Source of the DNA: Candidatus Eiseniibacteriota bacterium
Lineage (GTDB): Bacteria; Eisenbacteria; RBG-16-71-46
Direction of reading: 5' to 3'
Assembly: GCA_031364845.1 (NCBI GenBank)
Contig: JANLWX010000198.1
Location: 1 to 30,834, forward strand
Length of the DNA: 30,834 nucleotides
Within the stretch, counting starts at the first letter, position 1; every line of letters starts with the position of its first letter. This document shows, piece by piece, positions 9,435 through 18,395 of the stretch. The position numbers and the translations under genes were made by a program. The notes beneath the pieces are model-generated. The model was not told where the DNA came from and made no database searches. It saw only the letters and a program-made list of their open reading frames with translations.

Positions 9435-9977
9435 ATGGCCGGCAAATACGTCGCGCTGTTGCGGGGCATCAACGTCGGTCGCGCGAAGCGCGTGTCGATG
9501 GCGGATCTCAAGGCGCTGGTCGAGGGGCTCGGCTACCGCGACGTGCGCACGCTGCTCAACAGCGGCAACGTGGTGTTCTCTACCGGTGTGGCGCCGGCTA
9601 CCGCCGCAGCGCGCATCGAAAAGGCGCTGGTGGCCGAAGTCGGTGTCGCCGCGCGGGTGACGGTGTTCACCGCGGCCGAAATCGCGAAGGTGGTCGAGGA
9701 GAACCCGCTGCTCGCGGTTGCCGAGAATCCGTCGCGACTGTTGATCACATTCCTCAGAGACGCGGCGGATCGGGCGAAGCTCGCTCCGCTGACGAAGCAG
9801 AAGTGGGACGCGGACGTCATCGCGCTCGGTGCGCGCGTCGTCTACGTGTGGTGCGGGAACGGTATTCTCGAAAGCCGTCTGACCGAAGCGCTCGCGAAGC
9901 TTCTCGGCGATGCGGGAACCGCCCGCAACTGGGCGACGGTGCTGAAGCTGCACGCGCTCATGACGGATATGAAGTGA
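9435..9977 (+). CDS. DUF1697 domain protein
   Basis: GGAGG SD before ATG 9435; YVALLRGINVG, VRTLLNSGNVVF, TARNWATVLKL. Confidence 0.9.
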   Translation: MAGKYVALLRGINVGRAKRVSMADLKALVEGLGYRDVRTLLNSGNVVFSTGVAPATAAARIEKALVAEVGVAARVTVFTAAEIAKVVEENPLLAVAENPSRLLITFLRDAADRAKLAPLTKQKWDADVIALGARVVYVWCGNGILESRLTEALAKLLGDAGTARNWATVLKLHALMTDMK

Positions 9978-10001
9978 ACGCGCGTTACTCGGAGGCCTCT
10001 C

Positions 10002-10469
10002 ATGGCGCATGAAGGCAAGGACCCTGGATTCGACACCGCCGCGGCGCACCGTTTCTTCTCCGCCCACTGCTTCAATCGCGCGTGGGAGTTGATCGAGAAG
10101 CCGGCCCGCACGCCGGACGACAACCGGTTGCTGGTGGCGCTCAACCAGGCATCCATTTTCCACTGGCAGCAGCGGCCGGACTGCACCGACACGCACCGCT
10201 CGATCGGTTACTGGCAGGCGTCGCGCATTCAGGCATTGCTCGGAAACGCGGCCGAAGCGCGGCGCTACGGCGAGATCAGCCTCGCGTTCGCCGAGCACGC
10301 GGAGCCGTTCTATCGCGGGTATGCGTTCGAAGCGCTCGCGAGAGCGGAGAAGCTCGCAGGGAGCGCGGCGCGTTCGGCGGAGTTTGCCGCGAAGGCGCGG
10401 GACTTTGCGCAGAGTGTGTCCGAAGCAGACGAGCGCGAGGCGTTGTTGGCGGATCTTGCGCTTCTCTAG
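10002..10469 (+). CDS. Hypothetical alpha-helical (TPR-like) protein
   Basis: GGAGG SD; Ala-rich helical pattern (FNRAWELIEK, ASIFHW, YAFEALARA); fills the gap between neighbouring genes. Confidence 0.75.
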   Translation: MAHEGKDPGFDTAAAHRFFSAHCFNRAWELIEKPARTPDDNRLLVALNQASIFHWQQRPDCTDTHRSIGYWQASRIQALLGNAAEARRYGEISLAFAEHAEPFYRGYAFEALARAEKLAGSAARSAEFAAKARDFAQSVSEADEREALLADLALL

Positions 10470-12709
10470 GCTCCGCCGCCCATTACTCGCCGCTCGATCG
10501 CTTCGAAGCGCGGATCCCCTCGCAGCGGATCGAGCCGCGGATGCACCTTCATCCACACCAGCGCGCGATCGTGTTCGCGATACGCGCGCTCCAGCCATTC
10601 GATCGCCGCGTCATGATCTCCCAGCCCGATCAGCACGGCCGAGATCGCATGGGGTGAGACGTAGCGGCGCTTGGATTCGTCGATCAGATACGTGAGCGTC
10701 TCGCGCGCCTCCGCAAGGCGTCCTGCGCGGGCGAGCGTGTACGCGCGGCCGACCGAAGCGATCGGATTGCCACCGCTGATCGCGTGCGCCTCGTCGAACG
10801 CGATCAGCGCGTCGGCATGGCGGCCGGCTTCCGACAACAGGCGGCCGAGGTCGTTCCTCAAGTGCACGAATCCGGGATCGAGCGCGATCGATCGGCGCAG
10901 CCACCGCTCGGCTTCGTCGTAGCGGCGCGCGAAGAAGTACGCGTCGCCGAGCGTGGTTCCGAGCACCGGCGCCATCGGATCGAGCTCGTGCGCGCGGTGC
11001 GCCTCGGCGATGCCGCGGTCGAATTCTCCGCTCGCGGTCAGAAACTCCGAGTACCACTGATGGGCGGTCGGATAGCCGGGTCGCAGCTCGAGCGCGTGTT
11101 CGAAGGCACGCCGTGCGCGCGTCCAGTCCCAGTCGTAGTACATGTAGAGGAGTCCGAGCGACGTGTGGGCTTCTCCGAGCTCGGGATCGATCTCGAGCGC
11201 CTGGCCGATCGCCGCTTTGGCTTTGGCCGCCGCTTCGTGGGGCAGCATCTCGTTCATGTCGCCGAGCAGGTTGTAGGAGTCGGCGAGCCCGACGTAAGGC
11301 AATGGATCGCGCGGATCGATGGCGATCGCCTGCTGGAAGAACGTGACGCCCTTGAGCATCTCGGCCGGCGTGCGCGCGTTCCAATGGAAACGGCCGCGCA
11401 GGTACGCCTCGTACGCGCGCGGATCGACCGCGCGCGGACCCGCGAACCGCGCGATCTCGCGCGGCGTGAGCTGTACGCGCACTTCCGCGGCGACCGAGCG
11501 CGCGACCTCCGCCTGCAACTCGAGCACGTCACCGACCGGACCTTCGTGCGTGCGCGACCACAGCAGGTGGTCCGCCGCAGCGTCGATGAGCTGAATGCTG
11601 ATGCGCACACGGTCACCGACACGCAACACGGATCCTTCGAAGATGCCCTGCACCCCGAGCGCGCGCGCGATCTCGCGGATCGGTTGCGTGGCGCCTTTGT
11701 AGCGCATTGCGGTCGTACGCGAGATCACCCGCAGCGCGCCGATCCCGGCGAGGCTCGCGATCAGCGCCTCGGTCATACCGTCCGCGAAGAAGTCCTGCGT
11801 CGGATCGCCCGAGAGGTTGACGAGCGGAAGTACGGCGAGCGACTCGATGCTCGTGGCCACCGTGGTGGCAGAGACGCGCACCGGCGCGGGCGCTGTCCCT
11901 CGCAGTGCGGCGGCGATCTCCGCCGCACTCGCCGGGCGGCGAGCGGGATCCTTCTCGAGCAATTGCAGCACGATCGCTTCGAACTCCGCCGAGATCTCGG
12001 GCCGCAGTTCGCGCAGGGGAACCGGCGGCTTGTGCGCGATCGCATACACGAGCGAACCGATCGACGACTCGTCGTACGGCCGGGCTCCGGTTGTCGACTC
12101 GTACAGGATGACGCCGAGCGAATAGAAGTCGCTGCGCGGTCCGGCGGTTCCGCCGGTGACCTGCTCGGGCGCCATGTAGGCGAGTGTTCCCGCCATCGCG
12201 AGCGGTGCGGTCTCGGTGCGCGTGTGATCGCCATTGGCGGGGCCGATCTTTGCGAGGCCGAAGTCGAGCACCTTCACCCGATCATCGGGCGTGATGATGA
12301 CGTTGCCCGGCTTGAGGTCGCGATGGACGACACCGTTGTCATGCGCCGCCGCGAGCGCATCGGCGATCTGCGCACCGATCTTCGCCGACTGCGTCTCGCC
12401 AAGCGGGCCGAGCTGGAGCTTGGCCGCCAGTGTTTCGCCCGGAACGAACTCCATCACGAGATAATCGGTGTCGTTCTCGCGATCGAACGCGTGGACGGTC
12501 GCGATGCCGGGATGATTGAGCCGCGACAGCGCGAGCGCTTCGGTGCGAAACCGGCCGCGCGAAGAATCGGTCGCGAGCATGTCGGGCCGCAGCACCTTGA
12601 TCGCCACGTTGCGCTCGAGGCGCTCATCGCGCGCGAGGTACACCATCCCCATGCCGCCCATGCCGAGGCGATCGAGGATGCGATAGTGGGAGAGAACGGG
12701 CTCGCTCAT
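10466..12709 (-). CDS. Hanks-type Ser/Thr protein kinase with TolB-like and TPR domains
   Basis: LGMGGMGMVY, VAIK, HRDLKPGN, DFGLAK, GTLAYMAPE; SLAVLPLVNLSGDPTQDFFADGMTE (TolB-like); C-terminal TPR-like helices; no TM segment. Confidence 0.95.
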   Translation of the reverse strand: MSEPVLSHYRILDRLGMGGMGMVYLARDERLERNVAIKVLRPDMLATDSSRGRFRTEALALSRLNHPGIATVHAFDRENDTDYLVMEFVPGETLAAKLQLGPLGETQSAKIGAQIADALAAAHDNGVVHRDLKPGNVIITPDDRVKVLDFGLAKIGPANGDHTRTETAPLAMAGTLAYMAPEQVTGGTAGPRSDFYSLGVILYESTTGARPYDESSIGSLVYAIAHKPPVPLRELRPEISAEFEAIVLQLLEKDPARRPASAAEIAAALRGTAPAPVRVSATTVATSIESLAVLPLVNLSGDPTQDFFADGMTEALIASLAGIGALRVISRTTAMRYKGATQPIREIARALGVQGIFEGSVLRVGDRVRISIQLIDAAADHLLWSRTHEGPVGDVLELQAEVARSVAAEVRVQLTPREIARFAGPRAVDPRAYEAYLRGRFHWNARTPAEMLKGVTFFQQAIAIDPRDPLPYVGLADSYNLLGDMNEMLPHEAAAKAKAAIGQALEIDPELGEAHTSLGLLYMYYDWDWTRARRAFEHALELRPGYPTAHQWYSEFLTASGEFDRGIAEAHRAHELDPMAPVLGTTLGDAYFFARRYDEAERWLRRSIALDPGFVHLRNDLGRLLSEAGRHADALIAFDEAHAISGGNPIASVGRAYTLARAGRLAEARETLTYLIDESKRRYVSPHAISAVLIGLGDHDAAIEWLERAYREHDRALVWMKVHPRLDPLRGDPRFEAIERRVMGGGA

Positions 12710-12716
12710 CACCGGC

Positions 12717-12722
12717 AGGTTA
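12717..12722 (-). promoter_or_regulatory. Putative -10 box (TAACCT) of a leaderless transcript
   Basis: 7 nt upstream of ATG 12709 on the minus strand; no SD. Confidence 0.5.
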
Positions 12723-12847
12723 GCTGCGACCCCGGCGGGCCGCCAGCGGCGGGGAACACGCGGCGGACGTGCGGCGCCGCGTCCGCCGCCATGGCGCGTT
12801 TCGCCCGCGCCCGCGCGTCATGTTTCCTCCGCGGCGCCTGTTGAGAG

Positions 12848-12853
12848 TACCTT
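12848..12853 (+). promoter_or_regulatory. Putative -10 box (TACCTT) of a leaderless transcript
   Basis: 7 nt upstream of ATG 12861; no SD in between. Confidence 0.5.
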
Positions 12854-12860
12854 CGCCGCC

Positions 12861-14063
12861 ATGCGCTACGACTACATTATCGTCGGGGGGGGATTCGCCG
12901 CCGCTTCGGCCATCGAAGGCATCCGGGCACACGACACCAAGGGCACGATTCTCATGCTGTCGCGCGAGAACCACCCGCCGTATCGCCGCCCGCCGCTGTC
13001 CAAAGACCTGTGGTTCGGCAAGACCACACTCGACGAACTGGCAATCCACGACGACGCGTTCTACCGCGATCATGCCGTCGATCTCCAGCTGCGTCGCGAC
13101 GTGGTCGAGATCATGACCGACGATCGCACCGTGTGGATCGATCATGGCGAGAGCCACGAGTACGGCAAACTGCTGCTCGCGACCGGGACTCGTCCGCGCC
13201 TGCTTGGTGCGACCAGCGCGGGCCTCGAAGGCATCCATTACTTCCGCTCGCTCGAAGACTACCTCGTTTTGCGCGACCGGCTGAAGACTGTGCAACACGT
13301 GCTCGTGGTCGGCGGCGGCTACATCTCGATCGAGATTGCGGCAGCGCTGAGCCACGTGGGCGTCGAGGTGACGTTCATCTATCCCCACGAGTACCCGCTC
13401 CAGCGCGTGCTCCCGCGCGAGCTCGGACTCTACGTCGCAAACTACTATCGCCAGCACGGCATCGAAACCGTCTCGAGCGACGCGGTGGTGGCGTTCGAGA
13501 ACCGCCAAGGCCTGATCGAGGCGCAGACACGGCTCGGCAACTCGATCACCACGCAGCTCGTGCTCGCGGGCGTGGGCGCGGAGCCCTCGGTGGAGCTGGC
13601 CGAGGCCGCCGGGCTCGAAGTCGGCAATGGAATTCATGTCGACGAGTACGCACGCACCAGCGATCCGAACATCTGGGCCGCAGGCGACGTCGCGGAATTC
13701 CCGTACCTGGCCTTGGGACGCCGCACGCGCGTCGAACACTGGGATCACGCCGAGCACCACGGCCGCGCGGCCGGCGCCAACATGGCGGGCGCCAATCAGC
13801 CCTACGAGCACCTGCCGTTCTTCTGGTCCGACTTCTTCGACCTCGGCTGGGAGGCGGTCGGCGATGTCGATGCGAGCCTGACCGTCGATGTCGTGTGGAA
13901 GGATCCCTATCGCGAGGGCGTGCTGTTCTATCTCGACGAGGACATCATCCGCGGCGTGTTGCTGTGGAACTTCTGGGACAAGGTCGAGTGGGCACGCGGG
14001 CTGATTCGTGATGCGAAGACGTTGACGCACGAGGAACGGGTGGCGCTGGTCGAGGCGCCGTAA
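12861..14063 (+). CDS. FAD/NAD(P)H-dependent oxidoreductase (ferredoxin-reductase / AIF-like)
   Basis: IIVGGGFAA, PYRRPPLSKDLW, LLLATG, VVGGGYISIE, TSDPNIWAAGDVA, RVEHWDHA, FWSD, GVLLWN. Confidence 0.92.
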   Translation: MRYDYIIVGGGFAAASAIEGIRAHDTKGTILMLSRENHPPYRRPPLSKDLWFGKTTLDELAIHDDAFYRDHAVDLQLRRDVVEIMTDDRTVWIDHGESHEYGKLLLATGTRPRLLGATSAGLEGIHYFRSLEDYLVLRDRLKTVQHVLVVGGGYISIEIAAALSHVGVEVTFIYPHEYPLQRVLPRELGLYVANYYRQHGIETVSSDAVVAFENRQGLIEAQTRLGNSITTQLVLAGVGAEPSVELAEAAGLEVGNGIHVDEYARTSDPNIWAAGDVAEFPYLALGRRTRVEHWDHAEHHGRAAGANMAGANQPYEHLPFFWSDFFDLGWEAVGDVDASLTVDVVWKDPYREGVLFYLDEDIIRGVLLWNFWDKVEWARGLIRDAKTLTHEERVALVEAP

Positions 14064-14148
14064 ACGCATAATTGCCGGTCAGCATCCCGGTCTCCAAAGC
14101 GTTTCCACTCCCGCCCCCGGGAACTTCGGCCCGCAGCGCCAACTGATG

Positions 14149-14154
14149 TAGATT
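14149..14154 (+). promoter_or_regulatory. Putative -10 box (TAGATT) of a leaderless transcript
   Basis: 6 nt upstream of ATG 14161; no SD. Confidence 0.55.
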
Positions 14155-14160
14155 CGGGTA

Positions 14161-16542
14161 ATGCCCCTGTCCCCCGGCACCCGCGTTGGCCCTTACGAGA
14201 TCGTTGCGCCCCTCGGTGCGGGTGGCATGGGCGAGGTCTATCGCGCCAAGGACACGCGGCTCGGGCGCGAGGTGGCGATCAAAGGGCTGCCCGATGCATT
14301 TGCGCGCAGTCCGGAACGCCTTGCCCGCTTCGAACGCGAGGCCCGGCTGCTGGCATCACTGAACCATCCCAACATCGCGTCCATCTTCGGGCTCGAAGAG
14401 TCGGCCGGCGTACCGTATCTCGTGCTCGAGTTGGTGACGGGGGAGACGCTGGCCGCCCGCCTCGCGCGCGGACCGCTGCCGGTGGGCGAGGCGCTCGAGG
14501 TCGGCGTGCAGATCGGGGCCGCGATCGAAGCCGCGCACGAACGCGACGTAGTGCACCGCGACCTCAAGCCAGGCAACGTGATGATCTCCGAGTCGCGCGC
14601 GGTCAAGGTGCTCGACTTCGGACTGGCCAAGCTCGGCGCTTCCGAGACGGCGTCGGCGCCGGACCTGTCGGTGTCGCCGACCATGGCGCTGTCCTCGACC
14701 GGCGTGGGTGTGATCCTCGGCACCGCGCCCTACATGAGCCCCGAGCAGGCGCGCGGGCGCAACGTGGACCGGCGCGCCGACGTGTGGGCGTTCGGCTGCA
14801 TCCTGTACGAATGCCTGGCCGGGCGGCAGGTGTTCGCCGGCGACACCGTGTCTGACGTGATTGCCCGCATCCTGGAGCGCGAGCCGGACTGGAGCGCGCT
14901 GCCGGCAGCGGTACCGCCACGCCTGATCGATGTGATCCGGCGCTGCCTGACCAAGGATGTCGAGCAGCGCCCGCGCGATATCGGCGACCTGCACCGTGAA
15001 CTGGGTGCACTGATGCTCGATGGCTCGTCCTCTTCGGGCAGGCGCCCGGCACCCGCCGCGGCGGCGCCGTCGCTGGCGGTGCTCTACTTCCAGAACCTGT
15101 CGAGCGGGTCCGAGAACGAATACTTCTGCGCCGGCATCACCGAGGACATTCTGACCGACCTGTCCAAGATCAAGGGCCTGCGCGTGGCCTCGCGCAATGC
15201 GGTGGCCCGCTATCGGGGCGCGCCAGTCGAACTGCACATGGTCGCCGCCCAACTCGGCGTGGGCGCGGTGCTCGAGGGCAGCGTGCGCCGCGCAGGGGAC
15301 CGCGTGCGCATCAGCGCGCAGCTGGTCAGCGCAGCCGATGGATTTCAGCTGTGGGCCGAGCGATACGACCGCACCATGGACGACGTGTTCGCGGTGCAGG
15401 AGGAGATCGCCTCGTCGATCGCCGAGGCGCTTCGCGTGGCGCTGACACCGGCCGACGCGGCCCGGATCGCAAATGTCCGCCCGCAGGACGTGCGTGCATA
15501 CGACCTCTACTTGAAAGGCCGGGCGCTCTACCACGAATACACCGACGAGTCGCTGCGTAAGGCGCTCGAACTGTTCCGTGAGGCCACCGAGATCGATCCG
15601 GACTACGCGCTCGCGTATGCCGGTATGGGCGACTGCTACGGGCAGCTGTGCCAGTGGGGCAAATCGGTGGACATCGCCGAATCCACGCGGCTCGGCATCG
15701 AAGCGGCGCGACGTGCGATCGCGTTGAATCCCCGGCTCCCGGAGGCCTACAAGGCCGAAGGCCTCAACCTGCGCTTCGCCGGGGACTACGACGGGGCGCG
15801 GGTTGCCTTGAAGCGCGCGATCGAGGCGGACTCCCGCTTCACGCCCGCACTGCTCAACCTGACCGTCGACTCGTTTTCCGCTGCCGACATCGCGGGGTCG
15901 GAGCGTTACTGTCGCCGCGCCCTCGAAGCCGATCCGCAGGAAGCGTTCGGAAGCATGTGGATGGTGGTGATCACCGCGCTCACGCGGAGGGAGGACGAGG
16001 CGCTCGCCTTCACCAGCCGGATTCTCGAGCTCTCGGCCGAGTCCTTCTATGTGACCGGAGTGCACAGCGCGAGGGCCTGGATTCACCTTGGCCGCGGAGA
16101 CGTCGCCGCAGCGTCGCAGGCGGTCCGGGAGGGAGTCGCAGCCGGGGCCCGTCCCGACGACATGCGGGCGGCCGAGACGGCTGTGGCCGAGAGCGAGGGC
16201 CGGAAGGACGTCGCGAGAAAGCTGGTTCAGGAACTCCGGCAGACGCAGGGACTCGGCTCGACCAGTCTGCTGATGCTCGCCGGAACGGCCTTGCGGCTGG
16301 GGGATGCCGAAGCCGCCGTGGGCTTCCTCACGCTGCCGTTGCTGCGCCACCTCTCGAACACTCTGGCGCGCCTCGACCCGGCGCTGCACGCGGCACTCGA
16401 TTGCGCGCCGCTCGCGCCGCGCCGCCGCGACGAGGCACTGGTGTGGCCGCTGGAGGCGCCGATGCTCGACGGCTCGGTGCACCGGCTGTTCAGGGAAGTA
16501 CGGATCGAACCCGGACTGCCCGCCGCTAGCGACGTGCGCTAG
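14161..16542 (+). CDS. Hanks-type Ser/Thr protein kinase with TolB-like and TPR domains
   Basis: LGAGGMGEVY, VAIK, HRDLKPGN, DFGLAK, GTAPYMSPE, DVWAFG; SLAVLYFQNLS...YFCAGITEDI; TPR-like helices. Confidence 0.95.
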   Translation: MPLSPGTRVGPYEIVAPLGAGGMGEVYRAKDTRLGREVAIKGLPDAFARSPERLARFEREARLLASLNHPNIASIFGLEESAGVPYLVLELVTGETLAARLARGPLPVGEALEVGVQIGAAIEAAHERDVVHRDLKPGNVMISESRAVKVLDFGLAKLGASETASAPDLSVSPTMALSSTGVGVILGTAPYMSPEQARGRNVDRRADVWAFGCILYECLAGRQVFAGDTVSDVIARILEREPDWSALPAAVPPRLIDVIRRCLTKDVEQRPRDIGDLHRELGALMLDGSSSSGRRPAPAAAAPSLAVLYFQNLSSGSENEYFCAGITEDILTDLSKIKGLRVASRNAVARYRGAPVELHMVAAQLGVGAVLEGSVRRAGDRVRISAQLVSAADGFQLWAERYDRTMDDVFAVQEEIASSIAEALRVALTPADAARIANVRPQDVRAYDLYLKGRALYHEYTDESLRKALELFREATEIDPDYALAYAGMGDCYGQLCQWGKSVDIAESTRLGIEAARRAIALNPRLPEAYKAEGLNLRFAGDYDGARVALKRAIEADSRFTPALLNLTVDSFSAADIAGSERYCRRALEADPQEAFGSMWMVVITALTRREDEALAFTSRILELSAESFYVTGVHSARAWIHLGRGDVAAASQAVREGVAAGARPDDMRAAETAVAESEGRKDVARKLVQELRQTQGLGSTSLLMLAGTALRLGDAEAAVGFLTLPLLRHLSNTLARLDPALHAALDCAPLAPRRRDEALVWPLEAPMLDGSVHRLFREVRIEPGLPAASDVR

Positions 16543-16579
16543 AAGATCGCGCGAGCTAGCGCGCACGAGTCGGGCGAGC

Positions 16580-16599
16580 AACTGGCCCCGGGGCCAGTT
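16580..16599. repeat. Perfect 20-bp palindrome between convergent genes
   Basis: AACTGGCCCC|GGGGCCAGTT, flanked by GGCGA (16573-16577) and TCGCC (16603-16607), which can extend the stem. Confidence 0.8.
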
Positions 16600-16720
16600 C
16601 GGTCGCCGCTGAGCTTCGCACCGCACCGGCAACCCTTCGACCGCTGCGTCACAACCCCTACCCAAGCACGACCTCCGATACCGGATGAACGCGTTGAGGC
16701 GCAATGAAGTCGATCGCCCG

Positions 16721-17980
16721 CTACTCATGCGCGATCGCCAACACCGGCGACAGTCCAGCGGCACGGCGCGCCGGGTAGGTCCCGAACACGAGCCCCACGA
16801 TCGACGACGACAGCGTGGCAATCAGGACCGATTCGATCGAGAGCACGGGATAGACGGGCACGCCCACGAGGCTGCGGAACACGGCGGTCACGCCTACCGC
16901 GATCAGCAACCCGACGCACAGCCCCGCGCCGGCGCCCACCAGGGCAATCGCGACCGATTCCGCGAGGAACTGCGCCCGGATGTCGCCGCCACGCGCGCCC
17001 ACGGCCTTGCGGATTCCGATCTCGCGCGTACGCTCGGCGACCGAGGCGAGCAGCACGTTCATGATGCCGATGCCGCCGACCAGCAGTGAGATGCCGACCA
17101 GCGTGCCGACGAACAGCTTCATCAACAAGAACGCCTGCTCGATCTGGTTCAGTTGCTCGCGGGCGAGCGTGATGCGCACGCGGTCCTGCCAGCGGCCGTA
17201 GCGCGGGGTGAGCCACTCGATCACGGACTCCTGCAAGGTCTCGACGGACTCGACATCGGGGGCCAGGAGCTGGATCGAAGGCGCGAACCGTCCGCTCGCG
17301 GGCAGATCAAGTGTCGCGCGGGCGGAGCGGATCGGGGCGTAGAGCGAGAACGACGGTGACTCGGGGCTCTCGAACTCGAGAGGGGCGAGCACACCGATCA
17401 CGCGCCGCGTCCGGTCGTGCACGCGGACGTCCTGGCCCACCATCGCAAACGGATCGCCGGTCGCAGCCAGCTCGCGCGCGAGCGCATAATTGAGCACCAC
17501 GACCGGCACGTTGTTATTGGCTTCGGCTTCACTGAAGAAGCGCCCGGCCGCGATGTCGAGCGTGCCGAAGTCCGGAATCCCGGCGCTGGCGAGCACGACA
17601 TCGACGCGTTGCTGAATGTTGCGAAACCGCGCGGTCGCGCGTCCGCCGAGCACCAGTGCCGCGGCCTGAATCCCTTCCACCTGCGAGCGTAGTGCCCGCA
17701 CATCCGCCGTCGTGAAGATCGGATAGTCGTGGAGGGCGATCCATTCACCGTCGGCATACGTGCTGGTGCGCGGGCTGATGGTCAGCACCTGCGCCGACGT
17801 CTCGCGCAACACCACGCCGCGCGCGAACTGCGTCATGCCGTCGCTCACGGCCATCGTCGCGACGAGCGCGGCCGAGCCGATGGTGATGCCGAGCACTGAG
17901 AGCATGGTGCGCAGCGGGTGAATGCGCAGAGCGTCGGCGCCCACCCGGATGTTGGCCCACAGCACTTCGCGATCGATCAT
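16721..17980 (-). CDS. MacB/FtsX-like ABC transporter permease
   Basis: LRTMLSVLGITIG, GRFFSEAE, ISLLVGGIGIMNVLLASVAERTREIGIRKAVGA, QFLAES, FGTYPARRAAGLSP. Confidence 0.93.
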   Translation of the reverse strand: MIDREVLWANIRVGADALRIHPLRTMLSVLGITIGSAALVATMAVSDGMTQFARGVVLRETSAQVLTISPRTSTYADGEWIALHDYPIFTTADVRALRSQVEGIQAAALVLGGRATARFRNIQQRVDVVLASAGIPDFGTLDIAAGRFFSEAEANNNVPVVVLNYALARELAATGDPFAMVGQDVRVHDRTRRVIGVLAPLEFESPESPSFSLYAPIRSARATLDLPASGRFAPSIQLLAPDVESVETLQESVIEWLTPRYGRWQDRVRITLAREQLNQIEQAFLLMKLFVGTLVGISLLVGGIGIMNVLLASVAERTREIGIRKAVGARGGDIRAQFLAESVAIALVGAGAGLCVGLLIAVGVTAVFRSLVGVPVYPVLSIESVLIATLSSSIVGLVFGTYPARRAAGLSPVLAIAHE

Positions 17981-18395
17981 CCGCCTCCCGCCGGGTTCGG
18001 CGCTCCGCGGGCGGCGCCGCGTCCCGTTCCGGCGAGAAGTGTTACGTAGCGGTGCGGGGGTGTATCACGTGGGGGGTTGGCACACCCTCATCGTTTCGAG
18101 TGGGCGCGCGCGCTGATCCGTGTTAGCCTTCCCCCGGGCGGATTGCTCAAGGTCCGCTCTTGCCCGTAACCGCGGTGAGCGTGCATTGGGCCGCTCCGGC
18201 CGCTCGTGCAATTTGAAGGATTCGGCCTTTGGTGGCCACCCCAGCGACGAAACAAGACACCTGGAGCCTGCCACCGGCGTCTGCATGTCGACCGGCGCTG
18301 TATTCCACCAGGATTGCCCCGGCGACCCGGACCATCCGCTTCAGAGACTTCCGTCAGCCCGTCATTACCTCCACGCGACCAAAGGGGAAGTCATT

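Noticed and set aside
10784..16821. Long ORFs 10784-12844 (+), 12720-14069 (-) and 14356-16821 (-)
   Set aside because: Antisense shadows of the kinases and the reductase.
18077..18095. TTGGCAC as a sigma-54 -24 element upstream of the GT2
   Set aside because: No GC dinucleotide at the required -12 position.
17981..18395. c-di-GMP or c-di-AMP riboswitch upstream of the polysaccharide synthase
   Set aside because: I could not find the conserved sequence elements of these classes by eye; a covariance-model search is needed to exclude them formally.
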